Of a stretch of DNA of 64,000 nucleotides, positions 8,776 to 22,964 are shown piece after piece. Each line of letters opens with the position of its first letter. Position 1 is the stretch's first letter. The notes under the pieces are model-generated. The model made no database searches, had not been told where the DNA came from, and was given only the letters and a program-made list of their open reading frames with translations. Where the stretch lies: positions 3,334 through 67,333 of the forward strand of contig JANMVW010000171.1 in assembly GCA_031393555.1 (NCBI GenBank). The letters are read 5' to 3'. The DNA is from Acidobacteriota bacterium (GTDB taxonomy: Bacteria > Acidobacteriota > Polarisedimenticolia > Polarisedimenticolales > DASRJG01). The translations under genes were made by a program, and so were the position numbers.

Positions 8776-11520
8776 TCACGCCGTCCCCGAGCCGCGAGAG
8801 CCTTCCTCGTCGAGCACCGCGTGGGCCGCCGCGAGACGGGCCACCGGCACCCGATACGGGGAGCACGAGACGTAGTCGAGTCCGGCTCGATGGAAGAAGG
8901 ACACCGAGGCAGGATCCCCGCCGTGTTCACCGCAAATCCCCACCTTGAGCGACGGCCTCCCGATCTTTCCGTCCTTGACCGACAAGGTGACGAGTTTGCC
9001 GACCCCCTCTTGGTCGATCGACTGAAAGGGATCGAATGGAAGGATCCGGCGGTCGAGGTATTCGGGGAGGAACTTCCCGATGTCGTCTCGCGAGAATCCG
9101 TAAGTCATCTGCGTCAGATCGTTGGTTCCAAACGAGAAAAACTCGGCCTCCTTCGCGATCGCCTCGGCCACGAGACACGCCCGCGGAACCTCGATCATCG
9201 TTCCGACGAGGTGAGCGATCTTGGTCTTGGTCTTGGTTTCGACCTCGGCCGCGATGGTACGAACTCGCGAGGCGAGCTCGGTGAACTCCATCACCGTACC
9301 CACGAGCGGGATCATGACCTCCGGGTGCACCTCGATCTTCTTGGCCGCGCAGGCTGCCGCCGCCTCGAAGATCGCTCGCACCTGCATGTCGTAAACTTCG
9401 GGATACGTGATCCCCAAACGGCACCCACGATGGCCGAGCATCGGGTTGGACTCGTGGAGCTGCTCCGCCCGCTCCATGAGTTTCTTGGCGGGCACCTTCA
9501 TCTCGCGCGAGAGCCGCTTGAACTGCTCCGGCGTCGTCGGCAGGAACTCGTGCAGAGGCGGGTCGAGCAGCCGGATCGTGACGGGGAGTCCGCTCATCGC
9601 CTTGAAGATGCCGATGAAGTCTTTGCGCTGCATCGGCAGAAGTTTCGCCAAAGCTTTCTTTCGCCCCTTGAGATCGTCGGCGAGGATCATCTCGCGCACC
9701 GCCCGAATCCTGTCTTCGGCGAAGAACATGTGTTCCGTCCGGCAGAGGCCGATCCCCTCCGCGCCGAACGCACGGGCGACGGCGGCATCGTGGGGCGTGT
9801 CCGCGTTGGTGCGCACCTTGAGGCGGCGCTTCCCGTCGGCCCAGCTCATGAGCGAAGCAAAGCGGCCGTAAACGGATGATTTCTGCGGCTTCAGGGTCTT
9901 TCCGACGAGCACCTGCTGGATCTCCGACGGGTGCGGGTCCAGGGCCCCGAGGATGACCTCGCCGGTCGTCCCATCGATCGACACCGCGGCCCCTTCCTTC
10001 AGTGTCCTGCCGCCCGCCCTGAGCGTCTTCGCGTGAGCGTCGACCTGGATCGATTCCGCGCCGACGACGCAGGGCTTTCCCATCCCGCGTGCGACGACCG
10101 CGGCGTGCGAGGTCATCCCGCCGCGGCTCGTCAGGATGCCGACCGCAGCGACCATGCCGGCGAGGTCCTCCGGGCTCGTCTCCGCCCGAACGAGGAGCAC
10201 TTTGGTGCCCTTGGCGGCCATCTCGACCGCGCGGGCCGCGGTGAACGCGATCGCGCCGGAGGCGGCGCCGGGGCCCGCGGGCAACCCTTTGCCGAGCACG
10301 CGGCCGGCCCCCTTCGCGCGCTCCTTGTCCTTGACGTCGAAGATCGGCGCGAGAAGCTGAATGAGCATATCGGCTTCCACGCGGGCAAGAACCGCGTCGC
10401 GATCGATGACCCCGGCCTCGTGAAAATCGCAGGCAATGTGAAGCGCCGCGAGGCCGGTGCGCTTCCCGGTACGCGTCTGCAGCATGTAAAGCTTGCCGCG
10501 CTCGATCGTGAACTCGATATCTTGCATGTCCTTGTAGTGGGTTTCGAGCGCTGCGCGGATTTCGAGGAGCTGGGCGTAGCACCCCGGCATCGTCGCCTCT
10601 AAGGAGTCGGCCCCGCCCGGGACGGACTGGACGCGGGAGATCGGCCTCGGGGTCCGGATGCCGGCCACGACATCCTCGCCCTGGGCGTTCGGCAGGAATT
10701 CTCCGTAGAACACGTTTTCGCCGGTCGCTGGGTTGCGTGTAAACGCGACGCCGGTCGCGCAGTCGTCCCCCAGGTTGCCGTACACCATGCACTGCACGTT
10801 GACCGCCGTCCCGAGACTGTCGCTGATCCCGTACCGTTGACGGTAGAAGCGCGCGCGGTCGTTGTTCCAGCTGCGGAACACGGCGGTGACCGCGCCCCAA
10901 AGCTGTGCTTGGGGATCCTGGGGAAAGGCAACGCCCGAGGCCTTCTTCACTTTCTCTTTGTATTTCACGACGAGGGCCGCAAGGTCCTTGGCGGTCAACT
11001 GCGTGTCGTCTTCGACGCGTCGCGCGCGTTTCGCCGCCGCGAGCAGGTGCTCGAACTCCGCCTTGGGAATCTCGAGGACAACGTCGGAGTACATCTGAAT
11101 GAAGCGCCGGTACGAGTCGAGCGCGAAGCGCCGGTCTCCGGAAATGCGCGCGAGGCCTTCGACCGAACGATCGTTGAGCCCCAGGTTCAAGATGGTGTCC
11201 ATCATCCCCGGCATCGAGAACTTCGCTCCGGACCGGACCGACACCAAGAGCGGATCGTTGTCATCGCCGAATCGCTTGGCCTGAAGGGTCTCGAGCCGGG
11301 TCATCGCTTCGGCCACCTGGGTGTCGAGGCTCGAAGGCAGCTTGCGCCCGTTTTCGAAGTACAGATTGCAAGCACGGGTCGAGATCGTGAACCCGGGCGG
11401 AACCGGAATCCCGATCGCCGTCATCTCGGCGAGGTTCGCCCCCTTGCCGCCCAAAAGGTCCTTCATCTTGGCCGAACCATCCGCCTGACCCTTTGCGAAG
11501 AAATACACGAGCTTGTCCAC
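8776..11520 (-). CDS. ppdK: Pyruvate, phosphate dikinase
   Basis: The protein is 914 aa. It starts MDKLVYFFAKGQADGSAKMKDLLGGKGANLAEMTAIGIPVPPGFTIST and contains the GGMTSHAAVVARGMG phosphohistidine loop and a PEP-utilizing C-terminal domain. The start is GTG with an AGGAGG RBS. Confidence 0.95.
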   Translation of the reverse strand: MDKLVYFFAKGQADGSAKMKDLLGGKGANLAEMTAIGIPVPPGFTISTRACNLYFENGRKLPSSLDTQVAEAMTRLETLQAKRFGDDNDPLLVSVRSGAKFSMPGMMDTILNLGLNDRSVEGLARISGDRRFALDSYRRFIQMYSDVVLEIPKAEFEHLLAAAKRARRVEDDTQLTAKDLAALVVKYKEKVKKASGVAFPQDPQAQLWGAVTAVFRSWNNDRARFYRQRYGISDSLGTAVNVQCMVYGNLGDDCATGVAFTRNPATGENVFYGEFLPNAQGEDVVAGIRTPRPISRVQSVPGGADSLEATMPGCYAQLLEIRAALETHYKDMQDIEFTIERGKLYMLQTRTGKRTGLAALHIACDFHEAGVIDRDAVLARVEADMLIQLLAPIFDVKDKERAKGAGRVLGKGLPAGPGAASGAIAFTAARAVEMAAKGTKVLLVRAETSPEDLAGMVAAVGILTSRGGMTSHAAVVARGMGKPCVVGAESIQVDAHAKTLRAGGRTLKEGAAVSIDGTTGEVILGALDPHPSEIQQVLVGKTLKPQKSSVYGRFASLMSWADGKRRLKVRTNADTPHDAAVARAFGAEGIGLCRTEHMFFAEDRIRAVREMILADDLKGRKKALAKLLPMQRKDFIGIFKAMSGLPVTIRLLDPPLHEFLPTTPEQFKRLSREMKVPAKKLMERAEQLHESNPMLGHRGCRLGITYPEVYDMQVRAIFEAAAACAAKKIEVHPEVMIPLVGTVMEFTELASRVRTIAAEVETKTKTKIAHLVGTMIEVPRACLVAEAIAKEAEFFSFGTNDLTQMTYGFSRDDIGKFLPEYLDRRILPFDPFQSIDQEGVGKLVTLSVKDGKIGRPSLKVGICGEHGGDPASVSFFHRAGLDYVSCSPYRVPVARLAAAHAVLDEEGSRGSGTA

Positions 11521-11531
11521 CGGGAGGCCTC

Positions 11532-13607
11532 CTAACGGTTCGAGCCGGCCTGGCCGGCCAGCTCGCGGATGTCGAAGTCGCGGGTCACGGTGGCCCGGAT
11601 CGCGGCGAGAAGGTCACATCGCCACCGTGTCGCTTCAGGATCTTTGGGGTCGAGCACGAGGACGTCGTCGAAGAACTTCGCCACGGGCTCGACCAGGCCG
11701 CTCAGGTGATCGATGACCGCCCGGAAATCGTTGGATTGGGATGCGGCGAGAATCCGCGGCCGCAAGGTCTCGTGCCGCTCTTGCAATGCGAGCGCACGTG
11801 CGTCGGACTCGCGATAGCCGGCCGGCGTGGCCGCCGCCGGCGCGTTTGCGAGGATGTTGTCCACGCGTTTGGTGAGCTCGACGAGTTTCGCGAAGTCGGA
11901 GCGGCCTCTCAAGGTCCCCACGATCTCCAGACGCTTGAGGATTTCGGCGATCGGCCACTGCTCGAAGGCGTCGGGGCTGACCTTGGGCCGCCGCACGGCC
12001 GCGATCTCGTTGCCCGAAAAGCCGCGGTCGAGCAACCAGTTGTTGAGACGGTCGTTCTGGAACGCCAGGAACCTGGAATCCTGCCCGGCCCAACCGACGA
12101 GATCGGCAATGGTCAGCGGCCAGGCGCGCTCGGCCAGGATCCGGAACACCCCGCTCGCCGCGCGCCGCAGGCCGAATGGATCGCGCGAGCCCGTGGGAGT
12201 CTCACCGGCCGCGATGAGCCCCATCATGGTATCGAGCCTGTCGGCGACGGCGACGACGCACCCGGCGGCGGTCGCCGGGATCGAATCGTCGGCGCCCGCG
12301 GGCTTGTAGTGCTCGGTGACCGCATCCGCGAGCGCGAGCGGGGCGCCTTCCGCCCGCAACAACAGGCCTCCCACGATCCCCTGCAACTCGGGAAATTCGC
12401 CCACGAGACCGGTGACGAGATCGGCCTTCGCCAATCGGGCCGCCTCGGACGCGATCGCGGCGTCGCCGGCCGTGGGGCCGAGCTTCTGCGCGATCGTCAT
12501 CGCGAGCGCGGTGACGCGTTGGGTCTTGTCCTCGTAGCTTCCGAGTTTCTTGTGAAAGGTGACCCGTTTCAAATCGTCGACACGCGCATCGAGCGTGCGC
12601 TTGCGGTCTTCGCCCCAGAAGAAACGGGCATCCTCGAGCCGGCCCACGACGACCCATTCGTTCCCCCGCCGCACGTGCCCGGCGGGGTCGCGATCGGTGT
12701 TCGCCACCGAAAGAAACGCGGGAAGCAGTCCGTCTTTCCCGCGCACCGAAAACGATTTCTGATGATGCTTGAGGGTGGTGACGAGGATTTCCGCAGGCAG
12801 TTCCAAGAACGACGCATCGAACCGGCCGGCGACGACCCCGGGCCATTCCACCAGATCGACGACCTCGCCGAGGAGTTCGTCGTCTTTGACCACCTCGCCT
12901 CCCAGAGACTCCGCCGCGCTTTCGAGCGCGTGCAGCATCGCCTCGCGCCGCGCCTCGGGCTCGACGAGCACGCGCGCGGCGCGCAACGATTCGACGTAGC
13001 GATCGGCGTCGGGGATCGCGACGAAGCCAGGAGCGAGAAACCGGTGCCCGTCGGAGCCCCGCCCGGAGGTTACGCCCATCAACTCGAGGTCGACAACCGC
13101 GGCGCCGTGCAACGCGACCACCCACTGCACAGGACGAACGAAGCGATGCGCTCCCGTCCCCCACCGCATCATCTTGGGGAAGCTCATCCCGGCGATCGAG
13201 GTCGGGAGTGCCGCTTGGAGCATCTGTTGCAGCGTTCGTTCGCCCACCGCCCGTCGGAACCCCGCGTAGACGCCCTTGTCGGTTTCTATCTTTTGAAGGC
13301 TTGAAGGGTCGATCCCCTGCTTTTTGGCGAATCCCGCCCCAGCCGGTGTGGGCCGGCCGTCGCCCCCAAAAGCGACCGAGGCCGGAGGGCCCAACACGAC
13401 CTCGTCCTTGCCGGGCAACGCGCCGGCCACGGACTCGACCCGAACCGCGAGCCGGCGGGTGCCGCCCCACGCGAGCGAGGGGCCGTGCGGGAACCCGCTG
13501 GCATCGAGCACGGCGACCACACGCGCCCGCAGATCCTCGGCGCCCGCGGCGATCATCCGCGCCGGAATTTCTTCGCAGCCGATCTCGAGGAGGAAGGGTT
13601 CGTTCAT
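11532..13607 (-). CDS. glyS: Glycine--tRNA ligase beta subunit
   Basis: [19 protein letters not shown]... is the typical GlyS N-terminus. ATG 13607 overlaps the glyQ stop (ATGA). The ORF-track 5' extension was discarded. Confidence 0.9.
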   Translation of the reverse strand: MNEPFLLEIGCEEIPARMIAAGAEDLRARVVAVLDASGFPHGPSLAWGGTRRLAVRVESVAGALPGKDEVVLGPPASVAFGGDGRPTPAGAGFAKKQGIDPSSLQKIETDKGVYAGFRRAVGERTLQQMLQAALPTSIAGMSFPKMMRWGTGAHRFVRPVQWVVALHGAAVVDLELMGVTSGRGSDGHRFLAPGFVAIPDADRYVESLRAARVLVEPEARREAMLHALESAAESLGGEVVKDDELLGEVVDLVEWPGVVAGRFDASFLELPAEILVTTLKHHQKSFSVRGKDGLLPAFLSVANTDRDPAGHVRRGNEWVVVGRLEDARFFWGEDRKRTLDARVDDLKRVTFHKKLGSYEDKTQRVTALAMTIAQKLGPTAGDAAIASEAARLAKADLVTGLVGEFPELQGIVGGLLLRAEGAPLALADAVTEHYKPAGADDSIPATAAGCVVAVADRLDTMMGLIAAGETPTGSRDPFGLRRAASGVFRILAERAWPLTIADLVGWAGQDSRFLAFQNDRLNNWLLDRGFSGNEIAAVRRPKVSPDAFEQWPIAEILKRLEIVGTLRGRSDFAKLVELTKRVDNILANAPAAATPAGYRESDARALALQERHETLRPRILAASQSNDFRAVIDHLSGLVEPVAKFFDDVLVLDPKDPEATRWRCDLLAAIRATVTRDFDIRELAGQAGSNR

Positions 13608-14485
13608 GAGGGTCCGGTCCGAAGCAGGGGGAAGCCGGCGGTTTCGCGCGAAACGACGTAGGCGTCGGCGACCAAGCACGCCAACCGGCGGATCCTTTGG
13701 ATGAACGCGGCACGCTCGGTCACCGACAGCGCGCCACGGGCGTCGAGTACGTTGAAGAGATGCGAGCACTTGAGGACCGCCTCGTGAGCCGGAACGACGA
13801 GGGGGATGGCGACGATGCGCGCCGCTTCCTTTTCCCAGTTGTCAAACTGGGCGCGGAAGAACGCGACGTCGGCCTCGCGGAACGAGTAGATCGAATGCTC
13901 GATCTCTTCGCGATGGCGAACGTCGCCGTAAGTGATCCCGGCGTCGTTCCACGGGATGTCGAAGATGTTCTTGATGTCGTTCAGGAACATGCAGATTCGT
14001 TCGATCCCGTAGGTCAGCTCGACGGGGATCGGGGCGAGCTCGCGCCCACCGGCCTGCTGGAAGTAGGTGAACTGCGAGATCTCCATCCCGTCCATGACGA
14101 CCTGCCAGCCCACGCCCGCCGCTCCCAGAGTGGGTGACTCCCAGTTGTCTTCTTCGAAGCGGATGTCGTGCTCCAAGGGATCGATGCCGAACGCCCGCAA
14201 CGAATCGAGGTAGACCCGTTGAACGTCGAGCGGCGAGGGCTTCAGGATCACCTGAAACTGAAAGTGCTTGTAGACCCTCATCGGGTTTTCGCCGTAGCGT
14301 CCGTCGCCGGGCCGCCGCGAAGGCTGACAGTAGGCGACTTTCCACGGCTCGGGGCCGAGCACGCGCAAGAACGTGTCCGGGTGCATCGTTCCCGCCCCGA
14401 CCTCGATGTCGTAGGGCTGTTGGAGGACGCAACCCCGGTCGGCCCAGAAGCCGGAGATTCCCAAGAGGAGGCGTTGGAAGTTCAT
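13604..14485 (-). CDS. glyQ: Glycine--tRNA ligase alpha subunit
   Basis: [48 protein letters not shown]... is highly conserved GlyQ sequence. The start is ATG 14485, just after the recO stop. Confidence 0.95.
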   Translation of the reverse strand: MNFQRLLLGISGFWADRGCVLQQPYDIEVGAGTMHPDTFLRVLGPEPWKVAYCQPSRRPGDGRYGENPMRVYKHFQFQVILKPSPLDVQRVYLDSLRAFGIDPLEHDIRFEEDNWESPTLGAAGVGWQVVMDGMEISQFTYFQQAGGRELAPIPVELTYGIERICMFLNDIKNIFDIPWNDAGITYGDVRHREEIEHSIYSFREADVAFFRAQFDNWEKEAARIVAIPLVVPAHEAVLKCSHLFNVLDARGALSVTERAAFIQRIRRLACLVADAYVVSRETAGFPLLRTGPS

Positions 14486-14489
14486 GGGT

Positions 14490-15248
14490 TCACATCCGCC
14501 CGGCGCCGGCCGCGCGAAGATGCCGGTAGGAACGAAACGTCCGCTCGGCGAATGTTTCCACGGTCCCGCGAAGCAGCGTTTCGAGCGCACCCGTCGGGCG
14601 CGCCACGTCTTCCGGCAGGTCGAGGGCGTGAGGCGGGTTCTTGTCGAAGGCGACGAGCGCTTCGAGCTCGGCCGCGCGGAAGACGACCGCCCCTTGCGGT
14701 TTGGGGCAGCCCCGGCAGAGGAATCCTCCCCCGCCCACCGCCCATCGCACGCCTGAGGCCGCGAACGGCTCTCCGCACACGCCGCAGTGCCCAAGGTCCG
14801 GAAGCACACCGTGGAGCTTCAGCGTCCAGTACTCCACGTATCGCACCGCCAACCAGGGGTGCAACCCCTCCTCGAGCGCGGCAAGCACCGCGCCGAGCAG
14901 GCGGAACGTGGCCTGTTCCGGTTGCTCGTCTCGCACGACGGCCGAGGTGATCTCGCAAAGGACGGCGCAGGCGGCCTGGCAGGTCGGATCCGATTGCATG
15001 GCATCGAAGGAGCGCAGGGGCTCGAGCGATTCGATGCGGTGGAGCTCGCGCCCTTCACGCTCGACCCACGACGCGTTGACGCGCGCCATCGGAGAGAGAG
15101 CCCCTCCGAACCGGCGGCGGCTCTTGCGAGCGGATGCGCCCACTCCCCGCACGCGACCGTGATGTTCGGCTAACAGGGTCACGATGAGGTCCGCTTCTCC
15201 GAGCTCGCTCGTGCCCAGCACGTACGCTTCGTCACGATACTGTTTCAC
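14490..15248 (-). CDS. recO: DNA repair protein RecO
   Basis: There is an N-terminal OB fold ([46 protein letters not shown]) and a C-terminal Cys4 motif (CGVCGEP...FLCRGC). It occupies the era-recO synteny position. Confidence 0.85.
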   Translation of the reverse strand: MKQYRDEAYVLGTSELGEADLIVTLLAEHHGRVRGVGASARKSRRRFGGALSPMARVNASWVEREGRELHRIESLEPLRSFDAMQSDPTCQAACAVLCEITSAVVRDEQPEQATFRLLGAVLAALEEGLHPWLAVRYVEYWTLKLHGVLPDLGHCGVCGEPFAASGVRWAVGGGGFLCRGCPKPQGAVVFRAAELEALVAFDKNPPHALDLPEDVARPTGALETLLRGTVETFAERTFRSYRHLRAAGAGRM

Positions 15249-15288
15249 GAAGCGGGAATGATAGCAGGCTGGTCGGAACGTACGGGAG

Positions 15289-16175
<887 letters not shown>

Positions 16176-16179
<4 letters not shown>

Positions 16180-17456
16180 GGTTGTCGCCCCGCGGCCGTT
16201 TCACCGCCGAGCCCCGCTTTGACGCGCACGCGTCGCACGCGCCGCGGGTCGGCCTCGACGATTTCGACGCTCAAACCTGCGTGCTCGAACGTTTCTCCCT
16301 TCACGGGAACCCTGCCGAGCGCGGCCGTCACGAAGCCGCCCACGGTGTCGTAGTCGCGCTCCCCGAGATCGACTCCGAAGACGCGCTCGAGCTCTTCCGC
16401 GTGCGCCCCTCCGGAGACGAGCCAGGCGCCTCCTGTTTCTGACGCAAGCGTCGCGTCGTCCCGATCGTGCTCGTCGTGAATCTCTCCGACGATTTCCTCG
16501 ACCAAATCCTCGAGCGTGACCAGGCCCGCGAACCCTCCGTACTCGTCCACCACTAGGGCGACGTGCGCCCGCGTCCGCATCTCCGCGAGCACCTCGGCCA
16601 CCGTCCGCGTTTCCGGTACGAAAACCGCCGGGCGGAGGAGCCCGCCGATTCCGGCGTCGCCCCAACCTTCGTCCCAAGCGCGCAAGAGATCGCGGACGTG
16701 GAGGATGCCGACCACGTTGTCGATCGTCTCGCCATAGACGGGGAAGCGGGAGTGCGCCGCGGCGAGCGCGACCCCGCGGGCCTCGGCGATCGACGCCTTG
16801 GCGTGCAGGGCGACCACATCCACGCGCGGCGTCATGATCTCTCGCACCAAGGTCGAGTCGAGATCGACGATACCGCGCACCATCCGGCCTTCGCTTTTCT
16901 CCAAGATCCCCTCGCGCTCGCCGACCTCGATGAACGCCTCGACATCTTCGTCGGCGTCTTCGTCGCTCTCCTCTTCCTCCGCGATCGTGCCGGCCCAGCG
17001 ACGGAATGCGGCGTGCACCGGGGCGAGCACCGGATAGGTGAGCGCGTGCACGGGTCGGACGAGGACCGAGGTGACACGCAGCGCCAAGCGCGGGTCCTTC
17101 AGCGCGAAAACCCGCGCCAGCACGGTTTCGACCAGGAGGGTCCCCACGATCGCACCCGTGGCGATGCCCCCCCACCATCCCCAGGGCCACGCGTTCAGGG
17201 CGAAGATCCATCCGGACAGCGCCACGGCGCCGATCAAGGACATCTGGCGCAGCGCGTGAATGGCGGCGCGATGGCTCGACGGAACCGTCTTGAACTCCTC
17301 GAGGAAGGGCAGGCTGTTGCCGGAGTCGGTATTCATGCGCCGCAACGCCACGCGCGACAGGGCGGAAGCCGAAAGCGTCATGATGGAGAGCGCCAGGTCG
17401 AGCAGGAACAGCGCCATCGCCCCGCCGGCGGAGATGCTCAGCGCGAGGGGGCTCAT
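16176..17456 (-). CDS. CNNM/CorC-HlyC family transporter (DUF21 + CBS pair + CorC_HlyC)
   Basis: An N-terminal 4-TM DUF21 region is followed by a CBS pair (VREIMTPRVDVVAL..., NVVGILHVRDLL) and the C-terminal transporter-associated domain. It sits in the conserved ybeY-corC-era position. Confidence 0.85.
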
Positions 17457-17893
17457 CGGCGCGTCGGGGGGAGCAGGGCTCGCGACAGTCGGGCCTGCAA
17501 ACGCATCATCGTGCCATCGTCCACCTCGTGATCATACCCGAGCAGGTGCAAGTAACCGTGGATCACCAAAACGCGAAGTTCCCGGGCGAGCGAGTGCCCG
17601 AACGCTTCCGCTTGGCGGGCCGCCTGCGCCACGGAGATGACGATTTCGCCGAGGGGTCGCGACCCGTCGGGAAGCTCTTCGGCCCCGGACGCGAACGAGA
17701 GCACGTCCGTCGTGACGTCCTTGCCTCGAAAATCGCGGTTCAAGCGCCTCAGGGTGGCGTCGCCGGCGAGCACGATCGAAACTCCGGTGGCCTTCGTCGG
17801 CGGGGCTTTTCGGGCGACGCGCCTGAGGAACGCGGCGAGGGACGCGGGAGGCACAGGCCGGGCCCGCTGCTTCGCGACGATCGCAACGTCCAT
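17453..17893 (-). CDS. ybeY: rRNA maturation endoribonuclease YbeY
   Basis: The metal-binding motif HGYLHLLGYDH is present. The size is 146 aa and the position is syntenic. Confidence 0.9.
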   Translation of the reverse strand: MDVAIVAKQRARPVPPASLAAFLRRVARKAPPTKATGVSIVLAGDATLRRLNRDFRGKDVTTDVLSFASGAEELPDGSRPLGEIVISVAQAARQAEAFGHSLARELRVLVIHGYLHLLGYDHEVDDGTMMRLQARLSRALLPPTRR

Positions 17894-17894
17894 T

Positions 17895-20095
<2,201 letters not shown>

Positions 20096-20099
<4 letters not shown>

Positions 20100-21094
20100 A
20101 TCCGTTCCTCGGACACGCCGTTCTGCCGCGCCTCTTTCAGGCGCGCAGCGCGTTCGTCGTAGGCGACGACGATCCGCTGCACGAGCGGATGCCGGACGAC
20201 GTCCGTCTCGTCAAAGTGCACGATTTCGATCCCTGGGATTCCGGAGACGACCTCTTGCGCTTCCACGAGCCCGGACGTTCTCTGAACGGGGAGATCGATC
20301 TGGGTGACGTCGCCGGTGACGGCCGCCTTCGAGTCGAGGCCGATGCGCGTCAGGAACATTTTCATCTGCTCGGGGGTCGTGTTTTGCGCCTCGTCCAGAA
20401 TGATGAAGGCGTCGTTGAGAGTCCGGCCGCGCATGAAGGCCAAGGGCGCCACTTCGATGGTGCCTCGCTCGACGAGCTGCTCGATCCGCTCGGGCTCGAG
20501 CATGTCGTGGAGCGCGTCGTAGAGCGGGCGAAGGTAGGGATCGACTTTGGCCGCGATGTCGCCCGGAAGGAAACCCAGCTTTTCCCCCGCCTCAACCGCC
20601 GGGCGGCACAAGAGAATGCGCTGGATGCGCTTCTCGTTGAGGAGCGAGATCGCCATCGCGACGGCGAGGTAGGTTTTTCCCGTTCCGGCGGGTCCGACGC
20701 CAAACACCAAATCGTTCTCGCGCATCGCGTCGATGTAGCGTCGCTGGTTCGGAGATTTGGCGACCACCGCTTTTCGAGCCGACGGGTTCAAGCGGGAGTC
20801 GAGGAAATGCTCCGCGAGGGTCGAAGCCTCCTCGCGCGCCATGATACCCACCGCGGTTTTGACGTCGTCTCGTCGGAGTGCGACTCCGCGGGCCTGCAAC
20901 GACGCCAGCTGGACGAGAAGATCGGCGACGCGTTCCTCGCGACCCTCTCCGCCCTCCCCGTCCCCTTGAATCGTGACGTCGCCTCCCCGCGCGCAGACCC
21001 TGACGTCGAACCGGTCCTCGATGAGACGGAGGTTTTCGTCGAGCGGCCCCGCGAGGGTCGCGATCGTCTTGCTCTCCAGGTTGATCGTCTTCAT
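20096..21094 (-). CDS. phoH: PhoH-family ATPase
   Basis: The Walker A motif is GPAGTGKTYLAVA, and IILDEAQNTTPEQMKMFLTRIG is also present. The start is ATG 21094 (MKTINLESKT...), since the ORF-track extension would run into aspS. Confidence 0.9.
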
Positions 21095-21173
21095 CGGGTG
21101 GCCGTCGGGCCTCCGATAAGATAGGCCGCGGAGGATTGGAAGGGAAAGACGACCCGGTAAGTCGTTGCCACGC

Positions 21174-22964
21174 CTAAGCTTCCGTCTTTGCGAGGAGGGC
21201 CAGACGAAGCTCACGAAGCTGTTTTTCGTCCACTTGCGCCGGAGCCTCGCACATGAGATCGGACGCACTGGTCGTCTTCGGGAAGGCGATGACGTCGCGG
21301 ATGGAATCCGCCCCGACGAGCATGGCGCAGATCCGGTCGAAACCGAGCGCGATCCCGCCGTGCGGCGGCGCTCCCGACTGGAGAGCGCGCAAGAGGAAAC
21401 CGAACTTCGCTTGAGCCTCCTCGGGGCCGATCGCGAGCGCGCGGAACACGCGCTCTTGCACGTCGCTTCGGTGGATGCGGATCGATCCCCCGCCGATTTC
21501 CGTCCCGTTCAAGACGAGGTCGTAGGCTTGAGCGAGCACGGCCGCCGGATCGGTGTCGAGTTTGTCCAGGTCCTCCCAACGCGGCGCGGTGAACGGATGG
21601 TGCATCGCCATCCAGCGGTTCTCTTCGGTGTCCCTCATGAACAGGGGGAACCGCTCGACACAAACGAGATCCCATCGGTCCTTTGGAGCGAGGCCGAGCT
21701 CCGCTGCAATCTTCAGGCGGATGGTCCCGAGGGCGCGATCGCAGGCTTCTCGCGTATCGGCCACGATGAGGGCTGCATCGCCTTCGCCCGCGCCGACGGC
21801 GTGTGCGATCTCCCGGCACCTCGATTCACCCAGCAGCTTCAGCGCCGACGAGAGAATGGCTCCCGCCGCATCTCGCTTGATCCACACGAGACCCTTGGCG
21901 CCCGCGTCCTTGGACCACGCCGTCCACTGGTCGAGCTGCTTGCGCGAGGCCGCGCCCGCGCCCGGCACGGCGATTCCGCGGATCGCGCCTCCCGATGCGA
22001 GCGCGGCATCGAACACTGCGAATCCCGTGCCTTCCGCGCTCGGTCCGGCGTCTTTGAGCTCGAGCCCGAAACGCGTGTCGGGACGGTCGACGCCGAAGCG
22101 TCTCATCGCCTCGTCGTAGGGCATACGCGGAAACGGCGTCGGGAGGTCCACACCGATCGCCCGGAACATCTCCTGGACAAGAGGCTCGATGACCGCGTAG
22201 ATCGTTTCGGGCTCGGCGAACGACATCTCGAGATCGATCTGCGTGAACTCAGGCTGCCTGTCGGCTCTGAGGTCCTCGTCTCGGAAGCAGCGCGCGAACT
22301 GGTAGTACCGTTCGAACCCGGCGACCATGAGGAGTTGCTTGAACAGCTGGGGCGATTGCGGGAGGGCGTAGAAACGTCCCGGGTGGACACGGCTCGGAAC
22401 GAGATAGTCCCGCGCCCCTTCCGGCGTCGAACGCGTCAAAATCGGCGTTTCGATTTCGACGAACCCCTGCGCATCGAGGGCGGTACGGGCGGCGCTGGCT
22501 AGCTTGTGCCGCAAGCGGAGCGCGCGTTGCAGCCGAGGACGGCGCAGGTCGACGTACCGATGTTGAAGACGCAGTTCTTCGTTGGCCTCAGCCTCGTCGT
22601 CGACGGGGAAAGGAACGCCCGATGCCGGGTTGTGGACGACCAGGTCGGAGACACGCACTTCGACGTCGCCCGTCGGGTGCTGGGGATTGGGCGACTCGCG
22701 GATCACGACGACGCCGCGGACGCCCACGACGTCCTCGGCATGGAGCTTCTCACCCATGGCGTGAAGCGTCGCGTTGTCGGGGTCAATGACGATCTGGAGG
22801 CGCCCGGTGGCGTCCCGGAGTTCGACGAAGATCAGCTGGCCGAGGTCCCGGCGGCGGTGCACCCACCCCGTGAGGACGACCTCTCTCCCCGCGTCGGCGT
22901 CCCTAGAGGTGACTTCGCCGCATCCGATCGTACGGTGGAGTAATCGCGAGGCATCAACAGCCAT
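21174..22964 (-). CDS. aspS: Aspartate--tRNA ligase
   Basis: The N-terminal OB fold is VVLTGWVHRRRDLGQLIFVELRDATG. Class II motifs FYALPQSPQLFKQLLM, RCFRDEDLRADRQPEFTQID and GGIALGFDR are present. The start is ATG 22964 with an AAGGA RBS. Confidence 0.95.
   Translation of the reverse strand: MAVDASRLLHRTIGCGEVTSRDADAGREVVLTGWVHRRRDLGQLIFVELRDATGRLQIVIDPDNATLHAMGEKLHAEDVVGVRGVVVIRESPNPQHPTGDVEVRVSDLVVHNPASGVPFPVDDEAEANEELRLQHRYVDLRRPRLQRALRLRHKLASAARTALDAQGFVEIETPILTRSTPEGARDYLVPSRVHPGRFYALPQSPQLFKQLLMVAGFERYYQFARCFRDEDLRADRQPEFTQIDLEMSFAEPETIYAVIEPLVQEMFRAIGVDLPTPFPRMPYDEAMRRFGVDRPDTRFGLELKDAGPSAEGTGFAVFDAALASGGAIRGIAVPGAGAASRKQLDQWTAWSKDAGAKGLVWIKRDAAGAILSSALKLLGESRCREIAHAVGAGEGDAALIVADTREACDRALGTIRLKIAAELGLAPKDRWDLVCVERFPLFMRDTEENRWMAMHHPFTAPRWEDLDKLDTDPAAVLAQAYDLVLNGTEIGGGSIRIHRSDVQERVFRALAIGPEEAQAKFGFLLRALQSGAPPHGGIALGFDRICAMLVGADSIRDVIAFPKTTSASDLMCEAPAQVDEKQLRELRLALLAKTEA

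Noticed and set aside
21095-21173. 79-nt gap between aspS and phoH, checked for a terminator or promoter
   Set aside because: Only a weak 5-bp hairpin and poor -35/-10 matches are present. Nothing there could be supported.
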